From: an uncultured Chloroflexia bacterium
GTDB lineage: Bacteria > Chloroflexota > Dehalococcoidia > UBA2979
NCBI GenBank assembly: GCA_963728205.1
Contig: CAVSIV010000001.1
Coordinates: forward strand, 1,120,001-1,184,000
Direction of reading: 5' to 3'
DNA: 64,000 bases
The notes under the pieces are model-generated. The model saw nothing but the letters and a program-made list of their open reading frames with translations. It did not search any database and was not told the origin of the DNA. The translations under genes were made by a program, and so were the position numbers. Positions within the stretch are counted from its first letter, which is position 1. The number at the start of each line of letters is the position of its first letter. Below are positions 19,210 through 29,336 of this stretch, one piece after another.

Positions 19210-19772
19210 GGGGGCGTTCCTCTCGGGCCTACAGTACCCGGGTAGGGTATGAGTCGACGTGGAGACTATACCCCTACCCGGTATCGATTCGCAAGGGTGT
19301 CCGGCGGAGGGTGAGCCGGCGGTGACGGCGGGCGGCCGCGCCAGGGCGAGAGCGGCGGGTCTGGTCCGGCACCGCGCGGCGCCCCGGTGCGGTCGGGACG
19401 CGGAAGGCTGAGGACAGAGGCGGCAACGCGGGTGGGCCGCGCGCTGCGAGCGGCGCGGAGCGGCGCGAGCGGTCCATGCTCGCGGCGGGCCGGGCTGCCG
19501 GAGGTCGCGGGCGGGGCCGGGCGCACCCGGATGCCGTGCGGGCGAAGCGCGACGGTTCGGCAGCGGGACTCCATGCCGGCCGGGGGCGTCGTCCGGACCT
19601 CCCGACGTACTTCGCACTATTGCAGTTATGTGCGAACGAACCGAGAGCGCTACGGTGCATGCGCCACACGCGGGGCGGCGAGCCCAAAGCTCCTCCATGC
19701 TAGACTGCGCGGACTCCCACGCACGTTTCCGGTCGGCGGACGCCGCAAATCGAGTTCCGCGAAGGGGTTCCC

Positions 19773-21125
19773 ATGAAGGCGGACGCGGCGCAGAAGGCGC
19801 TGGTCGGCTTTGTCGTCGCGCTGATCGCCGTGCTGCTCGTCGCCATGGGGTTCCTGGCGCGCGCGGTCACGGAGCCGCAGGCCGCGACGGTCGCGCAGGC
19901 TCCGGCGGCCGCCAGCGCGACTGCGCCGGTCTCGGCCACGACGCCGCCGGGCTCCGTCGACGGCCGCACGCTCGACGAGATCATCGGCATCCTCAAGACG
20001 GACTTCGTCGACCCGACGCGCGTGAACTCCGAGTACCTCTACGACGCCGCGATCAACGGGATGTTCCAGGCCCTCGGCGACCCGCACTCCACCTATCTCG
20101 ACCCCCAGACCTACACCGTCTCCAAGAGCGACTTCTCCGGCACCTTCCAGGGCATCGGCGCCACAGTGGCGCAACAGGGGAGTTATGTCGTGATCGTGCG
20201 CCCCCTGCCCGGCACGCCCGCCGCGCAGGCCGGCCTCAAGGCCGGCGACGTCGTCCTCAGCGTCGACGGCGCGGACGCGCAGGGCTGGACCGTCGAGCAG
20301 GCCGTGATCAAGATCCGCGGACCGCGGGGCACGGCGGTCGCGCTCAAGGTGAGGCACGTCGACGGCAGCGAGCAGACGCTCTCGATCGTGCGCGACGAGA
20401 TCCAGGTCGACTCCGTCACCACCGACCCGCCGACGGGGCCGCTGGCGACCGCGGACGGCACCCCGATCACCGACCTGGGTTACGTGCGCATCCGTCAAAT
20501 CACGCAGTCGACGCCGCAGGAGGTCCAGGCGGCCATCCAGCAGGCGACGAAGGCCGGCGACAAAGGCCTGTTGATCGACCTGCGCGGCAACCCCGGTGGG
20601 CTGCTGAACGAGACCGTGCAGCTCGCGGACATGTTCCTCGACAAGGGCACGATTCTCTCGCAGCAGGACCGCGACGGGAACGAGCAGTCCGCCTCCGCCA
20701 CGCCGGGGACACTGACCGACGTCCCGGTGGTAATCCTGCAGGACGAGTTCTCGGCGTCCGGCGCTGAGGTCTTCGCCGCGGCGCTGCAGGAGAACGGCCG
20801 GGCGACGGTCGTAGGCACCAAGTCCTTCGGTAAGGGCACGGTGAACCATCTGCGCGAGCTGTCGAACGGCGGAGCCGTGTACGTCTCGATCGGCCGCTGG
20901 CTGACGCCGCTGCACAACCAGATCGAGGGCCACGGCATCACCCCGGACGTGCCCGTCACCCTGACGACGAGCGACATCGAGTCCGGGCGCGATGTCACGC
21001 TGTTCCGCGCCATCGACGTCCTGCGCGAGGAGATCGCGACGGGCAAGCAGCGAATCATCGCGCCGGTCACGCCGACGCCGGTGACGACTGGGACCGCGAC
21101 CGCGACCGCTGCCGCCACGCCCTGA
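19773..21125 (+). CDS. ctpA: S41 carboxy-terminal processing protease (PDZ)
   Basis: N-terminal TM, LGDPHS, FQGIG PDZ, IDLRGNPGG, SASGAE, GTKSFGKG, GITPD. Confidence 0.9.
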   Translation: MKADAAQKALVGFVVALIAVLLVAMGFLARAVTEPQAATVAQAPAAASATAPVSATTPPGSVDGRTLDEIIGILKTDFVDPTRVNSEYLYDAAINGMFQALGDPHSTYLDPQTYTVSKSDFSGTFQGIGATVAQQGSYVVIVRPLPGTPAAQAGLKAGDVVLSVDGADAQGWTVEQAVIKIRGPRGTAVALKVRHVDGSEQTLSIVRDEIQVDSVTTDPPTGPLATADGTPITDLGYVRIRQITQSTPQEVQAAIQQATKAGDKGLLIDLRGNPGGLLNETVQLADMFLDKGTILSQQDRDGNEQSASATPGTLTDVPVVILQDEFSASGAEVFAAALQENGRATVVGTKSFGKGTVNHLRELSNGGAVYVSIGRWLTPLHNQIEGHGITPDVPVTLTTSDIESGRDVTLFRAIDVLREEIATGKQRIIAPVTPTPVTTGTATATAAATP

Positions 21126-21234
21126 CCCGCTATCCTCTAGGCGGGCCCCTGCCCCATCGCACGCATCTCGTGCCTGTGCCCAATAGAATTATGTCGCGTA
21201 TGGCTGCGCGACGACCGCCCGAGAGGACGCGCGC

Positions 21235-21714
21235 GTGGCGAAGGCGACGAAGGCACCCGCCCGCGGCGCCACCATCACGGCGAACCGGCGGGCCGGCTAC
21301 GAATACGAGATCCTCCAGCGCTACGACGCCGGCATCGTGCTCCTCGGCTCCGAGATCAAGTCGATCCGGGCCGGCAAGGTCAACCTCGGCGAGGGCTACG
21401 CGCGCCTGAAGGACGACGAGATCTTCCTGTATAATGTGCACATCGCCCAGTACGGGCCCGCACGTGAGAATCACGAGCCGACGCGACCTCGCAAGCTCCT
21501 GCTGCACCGTCGAGAGCTCGACCGGCTGCGCCAGGCGCTCGAGGAGCAGCCGAGGACCACGGTGATCCCGCTGCGGTTGTACCTTCACAACGGACTGGCA
21601 AAGCTCGAGATCGGGCTCGCGCGCGGTCGTCGTCAGTACGACAAGCGGCAGGCCATCAAGAAGCGCGAGGCCGACCGCACGATGCAGCGTGCGGTGCGCC
21701 ACGCGCAGCGCTGA
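21235..21714 (+). CDS. smpB: SsrA-binding protein
   Basis: NRRA, AGIVLLGSEIKSIR, RPRKLLLH, GRRQYDKR. Confidence 0.96.
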   Translation: MAKATKAPARGATITANRRAGYEYEILQRYDAGIVLLGSEIKSIRAGKVNLGEGYARLKDDEIFLYNVHIAQYGPARENHEPTRPRKLLLHRRELDRLRQALEEQPRTTVIPLRLYLHNGLAKLEIGLARGRRQYDKRQAIKKREADRTMQRAVRHAQR

Positions 21715-21766
21715 CTCGAGCAGCAACCAGTTCGTGCCGACTCTGTTGAGTGAGTCGCTCTCTCGT

Positions 21767-22124
21767 GGGGACGACAGGATTCGACAGGTGCGCACGGACG
21801 CGGATTGCGGGTCGAGGTGCCATCACCCTCGTAAATCAGGTGGCAAAAAGTAACTGGCGAAACTCAACTCGCCCTCGCTGCTTAATTAAGTAGCGACGTG
21901 GCGCATGGTCTCCTCCCGACGGGCCATGTGCCGCGACGTTTAGTCGGGATGCTCGGCGCAGGTGGGCTGCAGGCCTGCGTTCGAAAAGATCACTGCCGCT
22001 GGCCACACTCGCCCTCGGTCGACGGAGGGGCTGTGGCGAGATAAACATCCGCCGGCTACACCCGTAGTAGATTCGCGACGCACGTACGCTGGACGGGGAG
22101 TTCGATTCTCCCCCGTCTCCACCA
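21767..22124 (+). ncRNA. ssrA: tmRNA; tag (A)GETQLALAA at 21856-21885
   Basis: 5' GGGGACGACAGGATTCGAC; 3' T-arm GTTCGATTC and ...TCTCCACCA; tag ORF ending LAA-TAA; adjacent to smpB. Confidence 0.95.
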
Positions 22125-23589
22125 ACTCCAAACCCGACATAATCTGCCGGGTCTCTTGCGCTGTGAGGAGCACTGCCCTGGAGTGCTCCGTCCGCCGGAC
22201 GGCATGATCGAGCAGGCTGCGGAAGCCAGCCGTCGGCGTGATCGCACCGATCCGCTGCGACTCGATATCCACGTAGACGCGTTCGACGAGCGGATTGAGC
22301 AGGATCCGCTGCTCATCGCATGTTGCTCGCTCCCAGAGTGCCGGCATGTCCCCGAAGATCTCGGCGGCCTCCTCGTACGAGAGTCCGCTCAGCATCGTGG
22401 CGTTTCGCAGCTGCTGATCGAGCATCTTGCGAAGCCCCAGATACTCCCCTTCGCTGAATCCTCCGTCCGCGTACGCCCGGGCCAGCCGGCGTCGCCGCTC
22501 GTTCAGCTCGCCGATGTCTGGACCCTCGTACTCACGCGATGCGAGGTCGGCCATGCGCTCCCGCCAGTCCGGCTCGAACTCAATCGACCGCCAGATCTCG
22601 GCGATCTGCCAGTCGAGCCGCTCGGCCGACAGGCTCCGTCCGTTCGTCTGGCAGTGCACGCCGTGGCGCTCCCGGTAGAACGGATTCCCCAGCCCGTTTC
22701 GTTCCGAGTGCACCTTGCTTCCGCAGCGTCCGCAGTAGAGCCGGCCCTGGAGCAGTCCATGGCGCCCGGACGTCGAGCGGCGTGAGCGCGCTGGGCCGCG
22801 GCGCGCCTGAACCTCCTGGTACAGGCTCTCCGTGATCAGCGGCTCATGTAGGCCGCGGATCTCCTCCCCGCGATAGCGCACCAAGCCCACGTAGAACCGG
22901 TTGTTGAGCATGTCCTTCACCGCGAACGGTGTGAAGAGCGGGTTCTTCCCGCGCGGCCGGTACCCCTCCAGGTTGAGCCAGCGCGAGATCTCGCCGTGTG
23001 AGGCGCCCGTGGTCCGGCGCTCGAAGGCGATGCGCACTGCCCTGCGCTCGTCGGGATCGGGCACGGGCACCGCGCCGGCGCTGGCAGTTACGTAGCCGAA
23101 TGGGACCGGTCCGATGGGCAGGCCCTTTTCCGCGCGTTCGCGCTGTCCCTTGCTGACGTGCACGGCGAGTTGGTCGGAGAAGAACTCGGACACGCCGCCG
23201 ATCATCGTGAGCATGAGCTTGCCGGCGGGCGTCGTGAAGTCGATGTTCTCGGTGACGCTTGCAAAGCCGACCGTCGCCTCGCCGAGCCGTTGCAGCGCCT
23301 GCCGCTGAACGCCGACGTTTCGCGCCCAGCGATCGATGGTGTGGACGATGACCACGTCGAACGCGCCGCGTGACGCGTCCTCGAGGAGCGCGACGAGCTG
23401 CGGTCGCCGCTCGATCTTCTCGGTATGCGCGCTCACACCCTCGTCGGCATAGACGTGCACGAGGTCGAAACCCTGGCGCTCGCAGTACCGGGCAATCTCG
23501 CGCCGCTGCGCCGCGAGCGAGTGCCCTTCGGTCTGTTCCTCCGTCGAGACGCGCACATAGCCAGCCGCGCGCTGCTGCCGCTTATTCAT
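21940..23589 (-). CDS. Large serine recombinase (ssrA-specific integrase, DsiB-like); C-terminus encoded antisense to tmRNA
   Basis: YVRVSTEEQ catalytic Ser, RPQL, DRWAR, PFGY recombinase domain, CGRCG Zn ribbon; ...LVETGENRTPRP is antisense tmRNA 3' end. Confidence 0.92.
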   Translation of the reverse strand: MNKRQQRAAGYVRVSTEEQTEGHSLAAQRREIARYCERQGFDLVHVYADEGVSAHTEKIERRPQLVALLEDASRGAFDVVIVHTIDRWARNVGVQRQALQRLGEATVGFASVTENIDFTTPAGKLMLTMIGGVSEFFSDQLAVHVSKGQRERAEKGLPIGPVPFGYVTASAGAVPVPDPDERRAVRIAFERRTTGASHGEISRWLNLEGYRPRGKNPLFTPFAVKDMLNNRFYVGLVRYRGEEIRGLHEPLITESLYQEVQARRGPARSRRSTSGRHGLLQGRLYCGRCGSKVHSERNGLGNPFYRERHGVHCQTNGRSLSAERLDWQIAEIWRSIEFEPDWRERMADLASREYEGPDIGELNERRRRLARAYADGGFSEGEYLGLRKMLDQQLRNATMLSGLSYEEAAEIFGDMPALWERATCDEQRILLNPLVERVYVDIESQRIGAITPTAGFRSLLDHAVRRTEHSRAVLLTAQETRQIMSGLELVETGENRTPRPAYVRRESTTGVAGGCLSRHSPSVDRGRVWPAAVIFSNAGLQPTCAEHPD

Positions 23590-23790
23590 CCCCACTCCCC
23601 TGCCCGCGCGCCTGCCGTTCGCGTTCCCAGATCGCGCGCGCCACCCGAGCATATTCCCGGCAAAGATACTCGAGGGCGGGCGGCAGCTCCGCCGTCCGCC
23701 CGGCCCGGCGCCGGCCTCGCCCCGTCGCGCGAGGCCGTGACCCCGCCCGAGGCGACTCATTATGTCGCGTAGCCCGGTCCACGCCCAGCC

Positions 23791-23991
23791 CTACCCGGCC
23801 GCCCTGTCGTCAGGGATGCCTGCGGCGCGGAGCCGTTCTTCGAGCGCCGCGCGCGGTACTCGGATAAGCCGGCCAAGCCGAACCGAGGGAATCTCACCTC
23901 GGGCCACGAGCTCGTAGGCGAGGTTGCGCCCGATGCGGAGCAGCTTCGCCGCCTCGGGCACCGTCAGCAACGTTCCAGCGTCGTCCATCAT
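23791..23991 (-). CDS. Excisionase-like HTH_17 protein
   Basis: LLTVPEAAKLLRIGRNLAYELVARGEIPSVRLGRLIRVP. Confidence 0.88.
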   Translation of the reverse strand: MMDDAGTLLTVPEAAKLLRIGRNLAYELVARGEIPSVRLGRLIRVPRAALEERLRAAGIPDDRAAG

Positions 23992-24022
23992 GCTTCCTCG
24001 CTTCGTCGTGCGCGCGCGTGCG

Positions 24023-25815
24023 TCATCCGCCCACCTCTTCCAACTCCATTCCGAGCAGCCGGACCCGCGCGCCGTCCTCTGCCACGCCTCTCCAGATCGG
24101 GCCCATGAGACCTGCCGGGTGCCCCGAGCCGGGAGCGAACCTCCATTCGCTCGTGATCAGCAGCCGCAGGCGATGCCCCTCGCTGCGTGCGGCGTCGGCG
24201 ACGCGCTCCTCCGCCCGGTCATCGGCACACACGAACAGCACGACTGGCCTGGTCTCGAAGTCGCGTTCCCACACCCGATCCTCGAAGTACTTGCGGTACC
24301 CCTCGAACTTCCCGCGGTAATCGCCAGCGTCGAGCGTGCCCCGGTCGTACTCGAACAGGAACGGAGTGCGCTCACCGCCGATCGCGAGCACGCCCGAGCC
24401 GTCCGGCCGGATGAACCACCACCGCCCGTCGTGCCGGAAGCGTCGCGTCGAGCGCGGCTCGTTCCACCACGCCGCCAGCCGGCCGCCGCCTCGCCGCGCG
24501 TCGCTGGCGAGTCGGGCGAGCGTGCGGTTCACGCCGCGCGTGTGGGCCCCATGCCGAAGCGCTGCCGCGTCGTGATCTCCGTCGAGCACCGTGACGCCGC
24601 CGTGTCTCGCGAACCGGCTCGCCGGCGTGACTGCGCGCGCGGAGAGCAGGCGCATCGCGAGTCCGCTCAGGAGCAGGCCTGTCGCCTCGTCGCCGACGGG
24701 CGCCGTGGCGACGGCCCCGCATCGCGTGAGCCACTCGACGTGCCGCCGGACAACGCCCTCCGCCTCCGCTGTGATGGCGCTCAACTCGTCAGAGGTCACC
24801 AGTGGCTGGGCGGCGATCCACTCGAGGAGCGACTTCTCCTCCGCGCTCGTGGCGGAAGCGATCGCGGCGATGCGCTCCCCTGTGCTCCGTGCTCCACCGA
24901 CCGCCGCGCGCGGCGCCCAGGACCGCAGCGACTCATCGACCGCGTGAAGAGTGCCGAGGGTCGCATTGGCAGGTACGCAGAGCGGCGGGATCGCGGGCGC
25001 GTCGCCCCACCCGAGCGCGGCGCTCAGCGCTTCGCGCCGAGCCGACCCGGGAGCGTGCCACGCCGGTGCCTGCGGATCCGGGCAGCACGTCCCACGCCGT
25101 GCGCGAGCAGCGCGTCGAGGTCCGCCTCGCGCGCTACGGGCAAGCGAGTCTTCCCAGACGCGCCTCCTCGCGATCGCCCGCCGCGACGACCAGGATCACC
25201 GGGAGCCCGTCAGCGCCCCACGCCTCGGCTGTGGAGGCAGCGACGGTGCGCCAGCGCGCAACACGCGCGCGGCGGTGGACGTCCGGCGCCTCTGCGCGAT
25301 CCCACGCGACGAAGAACGGAGCCCACGACCTGCCGGCGCGCACGCACCCGTAGGCCTCGACGCCCGGGAGCCACCAGCCGGTCCGCGGCCGCGCCGGCCA
25401 GCGGCAGCGAGCGCGCATCGGCGAGCTCGTCGCCCGCGTCGCGGGCGGCCGCGGCGACGTTCGCGAGGAAGCGGTTCACGGCCGCCGTGATCTCGACGCG
25501 CGTGGCGCGTTCTAGCAGCTGCGATCGCCGCACCGCCGCCCGCTCAGGGAGCTGCTCCGCCGGCACGCCCGCGGCCTCGGCGAGCGGGGCCAGCGCGCCG
25601 GGACGGAGGTACGAGAGCCGCCGCGGCGCCAGGCCCGGGGCGCCGGGCACGATCCAGTCCGTCCAGCACCGCCGCTCGAGCTCGAGACGCGCGGCTCGCA
25701 CGTCCTGCTCGTGGACGCCGAGGAGTCCCGCCAGCTCGCGATCGCCGAGGAGCGGCAGGCGCGCCACCCACGCGAGCGCCGGCGCGAGGCGCGCCTGCGG
25801 ATCGCGGCCGCTCAT
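24023..25815 (-). CDS. Replication-relaxation (Replic_Relax) family relaxase, tandem domains, frameshifted
   Basis: C-terminal unit H..GVN, RPDGSG...FLFEYDRGT...KFEGY; N-terminal degenerate unit ...FFVAWDRA; each unit begins with wHTH-like W.A..PL...EL. Confidence 0.7.
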
Positions 25816-28297
25816 TGGTCTTCCTCCTCGGAGTCCTCCGTGTCCTTCGCCGGCGGATCGGTGGGCGCGTTGCCCGCACCCGGTCCGCCCTGGCCGTCCC
25901 ACTCGTCCTTGCGATTGCGCGACCGCCCCTTCGGACCGCGGTGCTCGTCGGCGTCCTGCGGCGACCGCTCGCGCAGCACCTGCGAGATCTCCTCGAGGAC
26001 CTCCGCGCGGGGGCGTCCGAGCCGCTCGTGCGAGCGCGCCGCGATCGCCTGCGCCCGCGCGGGGTCGAGCGAGGGCGGCGGGTTGACGGCGAACGAGAAC
26101 ACGGGCGGCCGCCGGTGCCCCTCCGACCAGCGCGCGTAGCAGGTGTAGTCGTCGAGCGAGACGAGGTCGGCGACCTCCACCGGCTCGCCGAGCTCCGGCA
26201 CGAGGTGACGCGCGTCCTCGGCGCTGACCTGGAAGACGGTGAGGCCGTCGCTGTTCCCGAGGATCGTGGGGACGAGGTTGCGGTCGACGTCATCGAGCTT
26301 GGCGAGCGACTGCGTGACCAGCACGAAGTGCGCGCCGTACTTGCCGAGCTCCGAGAGCATGCGCTGGTAGTCGACCGCGGAGAGCGTGGTGGACTCGTCG
26401 ATCAGCGCGAGCAGCGGGCGGCGCTCCGCGGCGGGCAGCGCCACCTGTTCCTCGACCAGCAGGCCGAGCAGGTTGAGGAGCGTCGCACCGACGAGCGAGG
26501 CGGCGCCCTCGCCCAGCGTCCCCACCGCCGTGTTGATCACGAGCACGCCGCCCTCGCGCAGCACTGAGCGCGGATCGAACGTCGAGCGCGCCTGTCCGAG
26601 CACGAGGCGCGAGGCGAGCGTGGTGGTGAAGCGTCCGATCTTCGAAGTGACGGGGTTCGCGGTCTGCTGCTGCAGGGTCCTGCCGGCGCGGTCGTAGTTG
26701 TCGCGCCACCAGGCGGGCAGCGCAGGGTCCTCCACGTGACGGAGCACCTCGCGCCGCAGCCGCGCGTCGGTGAGCAGCGGCGCGACGTCGAGCAGCGTGT
26801 ACTGGTCGGTGAGCGCGCGTGTGCGGTTCGCCTCGATCAGACAGGAGACCGAGGTGCGCAGCGCGCCCTCCATGCGCGGGCCCCAGTTCGCGGGCCACAG
26901 CCGGTTGAGCATGGTCACGACGTGCTCCGTCGTGCAATCGCGGTCGGGGAAGAGCGCCTTGTCGAGCAGGTTGAGGCCAATCGGGTGCTCGTCGTGCGCG
27001 AAGTCGAGGTACGTGGTGCGGTCGGCGAGCGCGTCGGGCACCGCCTCGAGCACCGCCTCGGCCAGGTCCTGGTGCGGATCGACGACGACGAGCGCGGTGT
27101 CCGAGATACCCGACGCCGCGCGCTCCATCACGCCGGCGGCGATGTGCCGCAGCAGCGTCGACTTGCCGCGGCGGGTCTTGGCGACGATCAGCTGGTTGGC
27201 GCGCAGCAGGTCATCGGGCATGCAGACGGCGGCGTCGGTGGCGTCGGCGCGTCCCACGGCGACGCCACTCACCGCGTGTCCCGGCTCGGGCGCGATGCGG
27301 CGCGCCGTCATCGTCCGCGTGCCGCCTCGCGCATCGACCTGGAGCGGGAGGTGCCAGAGCGCCGCGGCCTCGGCCGCGTTCAGCAGCAGCGGCTGCTCGG
27401 CTCCGCGCGCGCGGCCCGGGCGCAGTCCGCCGCCCGCGGCGTCGTCGAAGGCTGCGTACGCGGCGGCAACCGGCTCGCACAGAGCGCGAAGCCGCGCAGC
27501 CGGTCGCCGTGCGATCGCCTACGGCGATCACCTCGAGGCGGGCGCGGAACAGCGGCGCCGCGAGCTTCGCCTCGACCGTGCGCGCCGCCAGCGGCTCCGG
27601 GCGGTGCAGCAGGCGAAGTGCCGTCGCGCCGACCAGCGGCACGCCCACGAACACGCCGGCGCCACCGGCGAGCAGCGGGAGCCACGCTCCCGCGTGGTAC
27701 CAGTGCCAGGCCTGCAGGCCGCCGAGGCCGACCGCCATCGCGGCGGCGATCGGGACGGGACTCGGTCCCCGGTCGTACGCGTAGCCGCTCTCGCGCCAGC
27801 GTTGTTCGCGATCCCCGCGGCGGCCGATCCGCTCGTGCCGCGTGCCCGGGCGCCGGCCCGAGCGCGAGCCTGCAGACGATCCGCTCGTTCCCGCGCGGCT
27901 GCGCGGCAGCAAGCACGCCCGTCAGCGGGTCGGCCTCGTGGCGCCAGTCGGCGTGCAGCGGCAGCGCGGTCTCGCGGGGCGCGCGCAAGACGACGGCAGC
28001 GGTGCGCTCGCCCGCGAGCACGCAACCCGGGTCGAGGTCGGGGCGGGCGGGATCCAGCGGCTCGATGCCGGCCTGCGGGTAGGCGGCGAGCACCTGGTCG
28101 AGCGCCGCCGCGAGCGCCGGCTCGGACTGGGCGGCGACGTACCAGCGCGGCCCGGTGCGCGCGATCACCATCTCGAGCCACCCCCGCGCATCCGGCAGGG
28201 CGGCCAGCGCCGCGCGCATGCCCGCGAACTCCGGGTCGGGAACCCGCGGCGGGATCACCTCCGCGACGAAGCGCCGATCAGATCGCCGGTGCAGCAT
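25812..28297 (-). CDS. Type IV coupling protein (VirD4/TraD-like), frameshifted
   Basis: Walker A AKTRRGKST, Walker B LALIDES, LGKYG..FVLVTQ, ILGN, DA..L; TM pair in N-terminal part. Confidence 0.8.
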
Positions 28298-29336
28298 CGC
28301 GCTGCCTCCCCTCTGCCTCGTCGAGCAACCGGAAGAAGGTGTCGCGTCCGTCCGGGTGGACGCCCAGCTCGCTGGGGTCCTTCACGCCGTCCGGTAGGGA
28401 GACGATCCGTGCGCGCTCGCCGAGCGCGGTCGCCAACTGCGCCGCGGCCTCGCGCCCCGCGTCGTCGGCGTCGAGCACGAGCACGACGGAGCGCGCGCGG
28501 CCGAGCAGCCGCAGCGTGTCGCGGCCCGGCTGTGTGCCGAGCAGCGCGCAGGCCGGGAGTCCCCAGCTCACCAGCGTGAGCCAGTCGAACGGTCCCTCGG
28601 TGACGAAGACGCGAGCATGGCCGCGGGCGCGGTCGTAGCCGAGCAGCGGCCGCGGAAGCGAGAGGCCGCGGTACCGCGGCTGGCGGCGGCCGTCGAGCGC
28701 GCGGCCGACCATCCACCCGCAGTGCGCGCCGCGGAGGTCCGGTACGACCACCCGCTCGGCCATCGTCTCGGCGTCCGAGCGGAAGAGCAGGCCGAGCTCG
28801 CGCGCGCGGTGCAGCGAGAGGCGCCGGCGCCGCAGGTACGGCACGAGCAGGCGCCCGTCGCTGTATCCGACACGGCAACGTCGGGCGACCCACTCGGGGA
28901 TCCCGCGGGTCTCGAGGTAGGTCAGGATCCCGGGCGTGCGCAGCAGCGTCTCGTGGTAGAGCTCGCAGGCCGCCGTGAGGATCAGGCGGTCGTCGAGCGA
29001 GAGGCGCCGGGGCGCGGCCTCCGGCGGCGGGGCTGTCGGCGCGGGCGCGGCTTGCGCCGCCGTCGCCGATTCACCGCCGAGCCGCTCCACGGCCTCCCGG
29101 AACCCGATGCCTCGGCGCGGCGCACGAAGTCGATCACGTCGCCGCCGGCGCCGCAGCCGAAGCAGTGGAACGACTGCGTCTCGGGATACACGGCGAGGCT
29201 CGGGCGAGCGGTCCTCGTGGAACGGGCAGCGCCCGACCAGGCGGCGGCCCTGCGGACGCAGCCGCACGCCGTGCTGCTCGGCGACCGCGGCGATGGGTTG
29301 GCGGCGCTTGAGCTCGTCGAGGTCGACGCGGCTCAC
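28278..29336 (-). CDS. DNA primase (CHC2 zinc finger + TOPRIM), copy 1, compensating frameshifts
   Basis: GRCPFH...[15 protein letters not shown]; VTEGPFDWL; LDADDAG; GVKDPSE. Confidence 0.85.
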   Translation of the reverse strand: MSRVDLDELKRRQPIAAVAEQHGVRLRPQGRRLVGRCPFHEDRSPEPRRVSRDAVVPLLRLRRRRRRDRLRAPRRGIGFREAVERLGGESATAAQAAPAPTAPPPEAAPRRLSLDDRLILTAACELYHETLLRTPGILTYLETRGIPEWVARRCRVGYSDGRLLVPYLRRRRLSLHRARELGLLFRSDAETMAERVVVPDLRGAHCGWMVGRALDGRRQPRYRGLSLPRPLLGYDRARGHARVFVTEGPFDWLTLVSWGLPACALLGTQPGRDTLRLLGRARSVVLVLDADDAGREAAAQLATALGERARIVSLPDGVKDPSELGVHPDGRDTFFRLLDEAEGRQRDAAPAI

